From positions 1 to 60,147 of IMG/VR virus record IMGVR_UViG_3300043433_000128: 60,147 nucleotides of DNA; one strand, 5' to 3'. This document shows positions 31,535 to 40,191 of this stretch, in pieces. The notes under the pieces are model-generated. The model searched no databases. It was not told the DNA's origin and saw only the letters and a program-made list of their open reading frames with translations. The position numbers and the translations under genes were made by a program. Every line of letters begins with the position of its first letter. Positions within the stretch are counted from its first letter, which is position 1. The stretch is from a virus (taxonomy: Duplodnaviria; Caudoviricetes).

Positions 31535-31888
31535 TTATACATATAGTCCAATTCCATATCTACCATCGATAGTTATGTCAATAAAGACCATATTTCTTTC
31601 TGTTTCTTGTGTAAATTCAACGCTTACACTAACTGGATATTTATACGAAAGTGGACAATATCTATCAATCCCAGCTTCAATCATCCCCTGTAACATCGTA
31701 TCATTATATCTAAATGAATAAACATAATCCTCAATGTTTAATCCAAAATCAGCATTCCCCATAACCTCTCCTTTATTCGTAAAAATAAGTGTTTCGATTT
31801 GGGTTAATAGCATTTGAATATCATCATCTGCTTGTAATTGTTCTGCATCAAAGTTCGGATCGCCCAGCGCTTTTATATATAATTCCAT
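31535..31888 (-). CDS. Baseplate wedge subunit gp25-like
   Basis: IETLIFTNKGEVMGNADFGLNI is the GPW/gp25 signature. Confidence 0.85.
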   Translation of the reverse strand: MELYIKALGDPNFDAEQLQADDDIQMLLTQIETLIFTNKGEVMGNADFGLNIEDYVYSFRYNDTMLQGMIEAGIDRYCPLSYKYPVSVSVEFTQETERNMVFIDITIDGRYGIGLYV

Positions 31889-31904
31889 AGTAATATATAT
31901 TTGT

Positions 31905-32735
31905 TTAAGAATGCATCATCCAGTCGGTACCTTCGTCTGATTTAATTTCTTCGATTAATTTGTCAAGTTCATCTTCGCCTAGACCTTTAATTAAATCTGG
32001 GTTAACTTGAATATTTCCAGGAAGCGTAAATCCAAATATTCCTAGTTTTTGTCCTAAAGAAATTTTGATTTTTGCTGCACAATATCTAAAGAAAGCCTCA
32101 TCTTGGAAAAGTGCACATTCTGGGATTGTTTCATAAACATTAAGAATTACATTTTTCTTAGGAGATTCTCCGGTAAATCTTAACTCATGTGTTAATTGGT
32201 TATAGTTATAACTTAATGGATTCTTCATGATTTGACGTGCTAAATCAAAGAAACTCTCGTTAATTACAAAATATTGTAAATTTTCAGCAGCAGCTCCAGT
32301 TTTAGTTCCACCATACATTCCTCCCATTAACATTCTTTCAATCGCAAAATCACCTTGAGTCCAGTTAATATCTTGAGATCCTCCCCAGTTAGAACCAACT
32401 TCTCCTAATCCATAAACTGAATACACTTCATTCCCTCCAGTTACTGGATCCATTCCAGGTAAGGTAAAACTTCTTGTCTTTTTAAAATGATCTGTTGAAA
32501 ATAATTCGATCGGTAAAACCATAAAGTTTTCTCGAACTGAATATTCATAGTTTTTATAGAACCATTTTTTAGCTCTTTTAACTATATTTTGAACTTCACT
32601 TTTAGGTAAATTCATTGGAATCATACAAGATCCTGTAATTTCGTCAGCTAATTCGTTAACAAACTCATTAAAACATCCACTATCCCATGTTGGATCCACT
32701 AAAGAATTTTGACCTCCTACTATTATTTCGCTCAT
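31905..32735 (-). CDS. Neck protein, T4 gp13-like
   Basis: C-terminal AKIKISLGQKLGIFGFTLPGNIQVN...EDELDKL matches the gp13 K.Q.G..L.KF...LPGG...N pattern. Confidence 0.75.
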   Translation of the reverse strand: MSEIIVGGQNSLVDPTWDSGCFNEFVNELADEITGSCMIPMNLPKSEVQNIVKRAKKWFYKNYEYSVRENFMVLPIELFSTDHFKKTRSFTLPGMDPVTGGNEVYSVYGLGEVGSNWGGSQDINWTQGDFAIERMLMGGMYGGTKTGAAAENLQYFVINESFFDLARQIMKNPLSYNYNQLTHELRFTGESPKKNVILNVYETIPECALFQDEAFFRYCAAKIKISLGQKLGIFGFTLPGNIQVNPDLIKGLGEDELDKLIEEIKSDEGTDWMMHS

Positions 32736-32750
32736 CTTATTATTTTATTT

Positions 32751-34043
32751 TTATATTGCCTGTGATTTAACGATTTCGACATCATTAAATTTTGCAAGTT
32801 TTTTATCAAACATACCCTCTCTGAAGATACCACCGTTCATAGTTCCTTTAAATGTTCCTTTACCATATACATAGCAATCGCTTGCAATACAAGATCCATG
32901 AACATAGGATCCATCAATTTTTGAACTGTTAATCTGTGTTGATGAATAAAAATTACAATAATGAATATCTGATCCATTAACGTCACATCCATACATATCA
33001 CACTCGGTGAATTCTCCTCTTAGAAAACAATCTACAAATTCATAACCTCTAAGATCTACACAATATTCTAATCGACCGTTTTTGACTTGAATTCTACCAG
33101 AATCCGAATCATAGTTAATATGTCCTTTAGAAAGATCGCCATGTGTAAATAGTTTCATCACTCTTTCTTTTACACTTTGCCAATAAAGATCGACTACTTT
33201 TGCATCTTCTTTTAAATCAACTGTAAATTTAACATCTTTCCAATTTTTTGAAATTGTTTTCCAATCTTTACGCGCATCAATAATTCTCTTATTTTCTGAA
33301 ATTATCTTTTTAAGCTCGATCGCATTTAATGAAGTGAAATCGGTATTTTCAGTTGATTTCCATAATTGAAGTAGGAACTGGTCAACTAAATGCAATATTG
33401 TAGTTGTTTTCTTTTCCCAATCTGCACCACCAACATATCTAAATTCAAGATAGTTTTTGTGTCTTTTATCGAAATTGATACCATAATATTTAGTATCTGG
33501 GTAAATAAAGTTTTGTTGGTTAATATAATTTCCATCAAAGAAATAAGTATCTTCTTTTGGAAGTACAAATTTGATAGATTTAGCATATGCTGAATTTTCT
33601 CTTTTTGGAAAGAACTTAAATACCTGCTCTTCATTAAAATCAAGAATAAATTTAAGAACATTCATTTTTGAAATTCTGTATTTATTCTCTATTTTAGATT
33701 TATCAAAAGAAAGGTTTAAGTGGATTGACGATCTGTCATTTGTATAGCCATTTTCTTCGATCCATTTACAAACATTGATAATCATCAATCTTGCTGCAAA
33801 ATATGGAAGAGCACCAGTAACAAGCTCTAATAATTTGGCTCCACCCGACATGTCAGGTTCAATTTTAAATTCATCTTGCGTTACTTCAAAGTCACTATGT
33901 GCCTTGTCTTCAACATGAATCTTTTTGCCTAGTAGTTTTGCTAACTTTTTAGCAGTTTCGTCTGCACTAAAATTTGAATAGAATTCAAATTCAACACCAA
34001 CTAAGGCGTTTTGTAAAACGTTTGAATCGTTTAGGTTATTCAT
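32751..34043 (-). CDS. Putative amidoligase (COOH-NH2 ligase family) with C-terminal beta-helix-like repeats
   Basis: GVEFEF, EPD, ELVT, SIHLNLS, KYYGIN, LEFR motifs; C-terminal Cys/Gly pentapeptide-like repeats. Confidence 0.7.
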   Translation of the reverse strand: MNNLNDSNVLQNALVGVEFEFYSNFSADETAKKLAKLLGKKIHVEDKAHSDFEVTQDEFKIEPDMSGGAKLLELVTGALPYFAARLMIINVCKWIEENGYTNDRSSIHLNLSFDKSKIENKYRISKMNVLKFILDFNEEQVFKFFPKRENSAYAKSIKFVLPKEDTYFFDGNYINQQNFIYPDTKYYGINFDKRHKNYLEFRYVGGADWEKKTTTILHLVDQFLLQLWKSTENTDFTSLNAIELKKIISENKRIIDARKDWKTISKNWKDVKFTVDLKEDAKVVDLYWQSVKERVMKLFTHGDLSKGHINYDSDSGRIQVKNGRLEYCVDLRGYEFVDCFLRGEFTECDMYGCDVNGSDIHYCNFYSSTQINSSKIDGSYVHGSCIASDCYVYGKGTFKGTMNGGIFREGMFDKKLAKFNDVEIVKSQAI

Positions 34044-34096
34044 TATTATCTAGATATTATTACTTAAGTTAAGTTATATATCTAAAATAAAATAAC

Positions 34097-34906
34097 CTAT
34101 ACCATAGAATCAAGCTTTGCTTGTAACTTTTTTAAGGTCTTTTGATAATCTACAATTGACTTTCTTTTCCATTCAATATTCATTTGTTTCCAAGAAGCGA
34201 TTCTTTTAGCGATTCCATTATCACGCTCTGAATTATAGAATGACTCGTCATTATTGTAGTTTTTAGCAGCATCTCTACTTACAATTTCATCCCACGTTGG
34301 CCATTCATACCATGATTCTTTAGAATTATCTTTAATAGATTGAACGACTTCAGCATCAGTTAATTTAGAATTTGTTTCAGCATCTTCAGTTGCTCTTTTA
34401 ATTCTAACTTCGTAGTTCTGAATTTCTTGGTTAAGTTTTTCAAGCTTAGACATTTTCTTAATCTTCTCAGAGTATTCTTTTGAAATTTCGCTAGCTCCTG
34501 TTTTAGGGATATTTGTTTTAACAATATATCTATAGTGAAGTCTTTGGATATTGTGACCACCTGCATAAATTGCTTCGGTCATAAAACTATAAGTAGTTCC
34601 TTCTCTTTGGATTTGAGAAGAGATTTCAATATTTCCTTTAGCACTTTTGCGAACATTAAGTGTTATTAGTGAATCTGTTGGTAGAGTATACATCTCTATA
34701 GATTTAACCATATCATAGATTAAGTTTAATCTGGCGCTTTCTCTATCATACTTAGTGAATTCCTGTTTGAACGTTTCAACAAACCATTTTTCAGTAGCAG
34801 CTACCATCTCGACGATTGTAGGTTCCAATGAATCTAATATAACGTTAACTATATTATTTTGATTGGATTCGTTAATGAATTGTCCGTATGTTTTGAATTT
34901 GTTCAT
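34097..34906 (-). CDS. Hypothetical protein with capsid-targeting-like N-terminus
   Basis: Likely start ATG 34906 (MNKFKTYGQFINE); conserved-looking core IYAGGHNIQRLHYRY. Confidence 0.65.
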   Translation of the reverse strand: MNKFKTYGQFINESNQNNIVNVILDSLEPTIVEMVAATEKWFVETFKQEFTKYDRESARLNLIYDMVKSIEMYTLPTDSLITLNVRKSAKGNIEISSQIQREGTTYSFMTEAIYAGGHNIQRLHYRYIVKTNIPKTGASEISKEYSEKIKKMSKLEKLNQEIQNYEVRIKRATEDAETNSKLTDAEVVQSIKDNSKESWYEWPTWDEIVSRDAAKNYNNDESFYNSERDNGIAKRIASWKQMNIEWKRKSIVDYQKTLKKLQAKLDSMV

Positions 34907-34921
34907 ATTGTATTTATCTTT

Positions 34922-35002
34922 TAATTTATATGTAAATATAAACAAAAAAACCCAGATCCGAAAATCTGGGTTGTTAAATTTATGTTAAAGTTATTAACAA
35001 TT
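34922..35002 (-). promoter_or_regulatory. Bipartite class-I element copy A (AATTGTTAATAACT ... TTATATTTACATAT)
   Basis: Same two boxes at 61-62 bp spacing at 50208-50288 and 54233-54314. Confidence 0.7.
34944..34972 (-). terminator. Intrinsic terminator after bS1 gene
   Basis: AACCCAGAT-TTTCGG-ATCTGGGTT followed by a T-run. Confidence 0.8.
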
Positions 35003-36213
35003 TATAGTTTTAAGAAAACTTTTCTTGTATCAACTTCAATTCTTATAACCTGAACGGTGATGTTATCATTTTTTGAAATTGAATTAATTTCAATACCATC
35101 AGGTAATTCAGATACGTGTAATAATCCAACAATACCATCTCCAATGTCAACGAATACTCCGTAATCCTTAACAGATTTTATAGTACCTTTAACTTCCACT
35201 GGGAATGATTTGTATTTATTTGCAATCTCCTTCCATGGATCTACTGTTTCAACATACTCTAATTGAGTTAATGTGATTTTCTCATCAGTGATGATTTCTT
35301 TTACAATAAAAGTAATCTCGTCACCTGGATTAATTTCTCTTGCTTTATGTTTCTTCGCAAATTCAGGGTTTAAGTCATTTGCATGGATCATTCCAGTTAA
35401 ACAACCATCAAACTCAACGAATACTCCGTATTTAGCAGAACCTGTAACGTTTCCAGTTTTAGTTTCTCCCATATTACTTCTAAGTTCTTCAACTTTACCA
35501 GGGATCAGTGCTTGTAAGTATTTTCTATGTGAAACGATTACTGTACCTCTTTCTGGAGAGTAACTCATAGGAACTACATACATTTGAGTGTTCAATACTG
35601 ATTCAAAGTCTGCAAGTTTGTTAATTCCTGCAAGAGAACCTGGCATGAAACAGTCAATACCTTGTACATTTACGAAATAACCTCCATTTGGAATCATTCC
35701 AGTTACTGTTCCAATATAAGCAGTGTTTTGTGTTTCTGCTGATTGTAACATTTTTCTTAATGCCGCTGCTTTGATTCCAGCTTCAACTGAACCTACGATA
35801 AATCCTCTTGAGTTTGAGCTTCTATCTGCAACGATTTCAACTGCTAATTTCTCTCCTGGGATTAATCTTGCTTTAGAGATTTTCGACTCTCTATTTACAT
35901 CAACATATACCATTTCTCTGTGGCCAATATCGATTGAAGCCCATTCTTGGTCAACTGAATATACAGTACCTGTATGAGTTTCTCCGATAACAACATTAAA
36001 TACTTGTGGTTCTGTTGATTCGAATCTTTCCATTAAATCAAGTAATTCTTGAGCATATGGAGCTCTTGAATAAACTTTAACACCAGCTGGCGCCTTAATG
36101 TGTAAATTTGGTTTTCTGAAGTTTGTTGGGCAATCTGCCAAATGTGCATCCCAATCAAAATCGGGATTTCCTTCAGTTGGGAATTGTTTTTTTGTTTTAA
36201 CGCCTTGTGACAT
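35002..36213 (-). CDS. rpsA: Ribosomal protein bS1 homolog (4 S1/OB domains)
   Basis: S1 repeats (GIDCFMPGS, YGVFVEFDGCLTGMIH, YGVFVDIGDGIVGLLHVSEL); N-terminal DFDWDA motif like Bacteroidota bS1. Confidence 0.88.
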   Translation of the reverse strand: MSQGVKTKKQFPTEGNPDFDWDAHLADCPTNFRKPNLHIKAPAGVKVYSRAPYAQELLDLMERFESTEPQVFNVVIGETHTGTVYSVDQEWASIDIGHREMVYVDVNRESKISKARLIPGEKLAVEIVADRSSNSRGFIVGSVEAGIKAAALRKMLQSAETQNTAYIGTVTGMIPNGGYFVNVQGIDCFMPGSLAGINKLADFESVLNTQMYVVPMSYSPERGTVIVSHRKYLQALIPGKVEELRSNMGETKTGNVTGSAKYGVFVEFDGCLTGMIHANDLNPEFAKKHKAREINPGDEITFIVKEIITDEKITLTQLEYVETVDPWKEIANKYKSFPVEVKGTIKSVKDYGVFVDIGDGIVGLLHVSELPDGIEINSISKNDNITVQVIRIEVDTRKVFLKL

Positions 36214-36259
36214 TGTTTTAATTTTAAAAAGGTTAATAATTAAGTTATATATTTATTTT

Positions 36260-38185
36260 TTAGAAAGTTGTTGGGCTTACACCAACCATCGGAATCGGTG
36301 GACCAGAAGGTACTATGAATCCACCAAGATATAAGAATTTAACTCCTAATAAATGTTTTGCACATGCAACTGCAACTGCAGAAGCAACAGACTTTGAGGC
36401 TACTGGCGTTAGTGGTTGCATTTTAAATCTCTTACCAGTATTCCATGCTTTTCTCAAATCATTAGCAAGGGCACTTTTATTACCATAAGATATTGGCGCA
36501 TATTTTCCTCCTAGTGGTGGAACAGAAGTACATGGTGTTATTGGCGGTGCTGGTTTAAACGGCTGGACTGCAGTGCTTTTCCAATAATCAATAATAGTCT
36601 GAGCCATTAAATCATATCCATCTCCTCCCTGTGAATCCTCTTCTAGATTTCCAGTCATAGAGTTACCCCATTTTCTTAGAAGGTCATACCACTTATTTTT
36701 TTCAGCAAGGTATCTTAAAACTTTACGTGTGTTTCTTTTTAATTCTGCATTCTCATAAATAAATTTATCAAAAAAGCTGGTACCACTATTATCTTTTTGT
36801 ATGTTTCTATCAGAATAGCCTTCCATTCGTTCATCTATTTCTTTAAAGTAAACAAATTTACAAATATCGGCAGCATTCAACCAATTAGGTATTCTGGTCT
36901 TATCATCAATATGTTCCTCTTGGAAGATGTACTCATTTATTGGATTTGGTATATTACTGGCCTTTGGTAGTCCATATAATTTTTTAATTGCATCTTCTTT
37001 TTTAAGAGTTTTATCTTCTGATAGAATTTCTTTAATTAAATCACTTTCTGACAGAGAGTTCTTATATTGATTCTCGTATTTTTTAAGTTCTGATTTAAAA
37101 CCATCTTCAATATCCTGCTTAGTAATTCCAAATACACTGGAAGAACCTTGTTTATTAAATTTTTCGATCAAATCATTTCTATAAGATTCAGCCTTTGCAA
37201 GTGCTTTTTTATGAGCAACACTGTCTTTTATATCATCATAAGTATTTCCTTTTACCCCTAGTATTTCAAATACTTTTGACTTTACTTTTTTACCAAAAGC
37301 TTTATTGTGACCGATATCTAGGCGATCTACCCATTCCCCATATTCCGGAGATCCATCATTTTGATAAACAACTCGAAGTGCGATATTTTTAGCACGTTCA
37401 TCATCAGTCATTTTAGGAATCGAAGGTCTTTGTTTTTTATCAACAAAAGGATCTTTAACCTCTTCAATAACAGTGACTCCTTCTGGTTTGATTTCAAGAA
37501 TTATCGTCTTGTTTATCTCTTTTAATAGGGTAGTCCCGTCAGGGCCATAAACGCCCTTAAAAATATAATTATAAGTTCCGGATTTGGTTGGTGCAAGTAT
37601 GTGTAGTACATTGTCTGTCGCAATCTGGATTGGTTGATCCACTCCATTGATAGAATATAATAATTTGTAGTTAATTCCTTCAGTAAATCCGGAAATTGTC
37701 ATGGTGACATATTTTTCAGGTTCTCCAGGCTTTGAAGCATCTTCTAATAAATTATAGTCAATTTCACCAATAACCGGTGGTTTCTCTTCTATTGGACATG
37801 TTGAAGGAAAGAATGGATAAAATATAAACTTTTCTAAGTTATCTTTATTTTTTTCAGTCCATTTCTCAAGTTCACAATAAGTATCGAAATTAGTATCTGG
37901 GCCTGGTGCCTTTTCAAACATGTCAGCATATTTTGAATTAGAGAATTTGCTTTCAAAATCTACTTCCTCTTCATCATAAATTTTCTTGAATGCTTTTTTA
38001 AAACCCTCTTCAAGAATTGGTTTTTGACCAGATTGATGAGTGTTTCCGAACATTGTTTGCGAGGTTTTTACGCTATTAAAATATTCACCAGCAAGAAATA
38101 CAGCAAATTCATCTATACTTGATGCACTCAAGCTAGATAATTTTGCAGATACTTTGTTAATAAAAATTGGCCATTGAGCAGGCAT
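36260..38185 (-). CDS. Spike-associated hypothetical protein downstream of gp5
   Basis: 641 aa; Pro-rich C-terminus, charged central region. Confidence 0.55.
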   Translation of the reverse strand: MPAQWPIFINKVSAKLSSLSASSIDEFAVFLAGEYFNSVKTSQTMFGNTHQSGQKPILEEGFKKAFKKIYDEEEVDFESKFSNSKYADMFEKAPGPDTNFDTYCELEKWTEKNKDNLEKFIFYPFFPSTCPIEEKPPVIGEIDYNLLEDASKPGEPEKYVTMTISGFTEGINYKLLYSINGVDQPIQIATDNVLHILAPTKSGTYNYIFKGVYGPDGTTLLKEINKTIILEIKPEGVTVIEEVKDPFVDKKQRPSIPKMTDDERAKNIALRVVYQNDGSPEYGEWVDRLDIGHNKAFGKKVKSKVFEILGVKGNTYDDIKDSVAHKKALAKAESYRNDLIEKFNKQGSSSVFGITKQDIEDGFKSELKKYENQYKNSLSESDLIKEILSEDKTLKKEDAIKKLYGLPKASNIPNPINEYIFQEEHIDDKTRIPNWLNAADICKFVYFKEIDERMEGYSDRNIQKDNSGTSFFDKFIYENAELKRNTRKVLRYLAEKNKWYDLLRKWGNSMTGNLEEDSQGGDGYDLMAQTIIDYWKSTAVQPFKPAPPITPCTSVPPLGGKYAPISYGNKSALANDLRKAWNTGKRFKMQPLTPVASKSVASAVAVACAKHLLGVKFLYLGGFIVPSGPPIPMVGVSPTTF

Positions 38186-38211
38186 AATATACGTTTTAGA
38201 AATTATATATC

Positions 38212-38931
38212 CTATTTACCTTTTTGTTGGTAGTCCTTGTGTGATGATTTTAAGCTACTAACTGTTGAAGGTGTTTTAGCAGCAGGAGGTCCTGAAGGAC
38301 CAACTCCAGTTGGGTGAAAATGGTTTTTATAATCATCTAATAGTTTATTCAACCATTTTTCTAGAGAAACTCCTCGAACTGCAGGTTCAGATTCATCTTC
38401 GCTACCCTCTCCAGTATTACTTAAGAATATGTTTCCAGAATCAAGGAATATCTTTTCACTCGTAGATATTTTAATAAAACCTTTTTCGTCAATTTGAATT
38501 AGGGGTCTTTCTTTTGCTCCACTTCCTCGAGTAATTACAAGTCCGTCATCTGGTGAGTGATAGATTCTAATGTTTCTTACCTCATCATATACTAATGAAA
38601 CAACATCATGTGCTGCGCCAGATGATTCTAGAACATCTTTCTTTAATGCTTTATTTTGATTGATTTGAAACCAATATTCTGGATGATATATGTTACCATT
38701 GTCGAATCTTACAGCGACAATAGTCCCAATGTTTGGTGTATTATGAGCACCGACAAAATCACGATTCATTGGAGTTGCCCATGGAATTGCATCATTCGGT
38801 AATTTATCAAACTTACCGAAAACTTTAACACGGCATCTTCCAAGAAACTTAGGGTCAGCATTATCCACAACCTCACCGATCCAGTGGGTTTCCCTAATAT
38901 TATCTTTGTCTAATTCTTTATCTGTTGCCAT
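38212..38931 (-). CDS. Baseplate central spike, gp5/VgrG-type OB fold, without lysozyme domain
   Basis: WIGEVVDNADPKFLGRCRVKVFG...IPWA; C-terminal HFHPTGVGPSGPP (HxH apex). Confidence 0.85.
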   Translation of the reverse strand: MATDKELDKDNIRETHWIGEVVDNADPKFLGRCRVKVFGKFDKLPNDAIPWATPMNRDFVGAHNTPNIGTIVAVRFDNGNIYHPEYWFQINQNKALKKDVLESSGAAHDVVSLVYDEVRNIRIYHSPDDGLVITRGSGAKERPLIQIDEKGFIKISTSEKIFLDSGNIFLSNTGEGSEDESEPAVRGVSLEKWLNKLLDDYKNHFHPTGVGPSGPPAAKTPSTVSSLKSSHKDYQQKGK

Positions 38932-40178
38932 TAATCGTAAGCATTTCCTAAGTTTTTAACTGCATTTTTTGCTCCTTTATCTAGGGCTTGTTTGACAGTA
39001 CCACCAGCGGCAACATTAGCAATATTTGATGGAATTACATTACCTAAATCTTTTGCAACCTGTTGTATATCTGATGCTTCATCAACTCTTTTAATAAAAT
39101 TTGAATATACGTTTTCAAATGATGGTATTCTGTTTACCGTTTTATCGCGGGCCATTTGAGCCAACTCTCTTTTCTTATCTTCCGCAAACTTTTTAGCAGA
39201 ATCTTTAGCTTTCTCAGATATTTCATCGATCTTACCTTTGAATTTATCTTTTGCAAATTCCATAGGAGATTTTGAAGTGGCATCAAAGAATTCTGAATCC
39301 GGAGCTGGTGATAATTGATTTGTTGTGTATGTTAAAGGATCAACTATTCCATTAAGTACTCTTGCTTCTACTTTCTTGCTAGCCTCATATTTAATAGTAA
39401 TAGCATTTGATACTGGTCCGTCAGGATTTTTAGAAAGGTCGGCAAAAATATTAGATCCAGAAGCCAAATCAAATTCACAATAATTTAATCCTATCATAAA
39501 ATAAGGTCGCCCACCAGTCCCCATGATTTTTTCATTTTCATTTGAAGTGTCAACTGTTGGTTTAATATTTGAAGGAAAATCTTTAAGAGCTGTATCTTTA
39601 TTAATTCCTCCTACTTTTGTTGCTGTTTTAGATTGAATTGTTCTAATTTCAGTAACATAAATCCACATTCTAAATTTTCTTAAATTCGCTGGTACAATAT
39701 AACCCCATTTACGCTCATCAAATATTGCTCTTCTATATAAATGCATTAAACCGGCAATTGGTAAATTTAATGATTCTAAAGTTTCAATTTCAATTTTTGC
39801 ATCATCTCCACCCCAGTAGCTATTTAGTGGATCATATTGTTGTAATCTTTCTAATCCCTTAAGCGATTGCCAGTACCATGGTAATTCCATGTTAATTGTA
39901 TAAAGAGCATCTCTAAATGCTTGAAGATCTTCTAATCTTTCTTTATAAAAAGAATTTTGACTTGCAACTATTTGTTTTGTTAAATCACTATCTTTCTCTG
40001 TCGACGTGGATCCGGCAAGACTTTCTATAAATCTTTCAGCAGGTCCTGCCAATAGTGGTGAATGTTCTTCGTCAAACCAGTCAAACATTAGTGCAAACGA
40101 AAGGTAAGTAGGATCCTGATATGGGTACTTCTTATATGAACCTTTTCTAAAGTCGTTTGGTGTTTTAAAATCTGACAT
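38931..40178 (-). CDS. Putative baseplate/tube-initiator protein
   Basis: Located between hub and spike genes; tube-fold-like segment WYWQSLKGL...IEIETLESL. Confidence 0.5.
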   Translation of the reverse strand: MSDFKTPNDFRKGSYKKYPYQDPTYLSFALMFDWFDEEHSPLLAGPAERFIESLAGSTSTEKDSDLTKQIVASQNSFYKERLEDLQAFRDALYTINMELPWYWQSLKGLERLQQYDPLNSYWGGDDAKIEIETLESLNLPIAGLMHLYRRAIFDERKWGYIVPANLRKFRMWIYVTEIRTIQSKTATKVGGINKDTALKDFPSNIKPTVDTSNENEKIMGTGGRPYFMIGLNYCEFDLASGSNIFADLSKNPDGPVSNAITIKYEASKKVEARVLNGIVDPLTYTTNQLSPAPDSEFFDATSKSPMEFAKDKFKGKIDEISEKAKDSAKKFAEDKKRELAQMARDKTVNRIPSFENVYSNFIKRVDEASDIQQVAKDLGNVIPSNIANVAAGGTVKQALDKGAKNAVKNLGNAYD

Positions 40179-40191
40179 ATATTATCTATCT

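Noticed and set aside
34051-34084. TAGATAT/ATATCTA inverted repeat before the amidoligase
   Set aside because: Only 7 bp and AT-rich; expected by chance given the self-complementary TATATA box.
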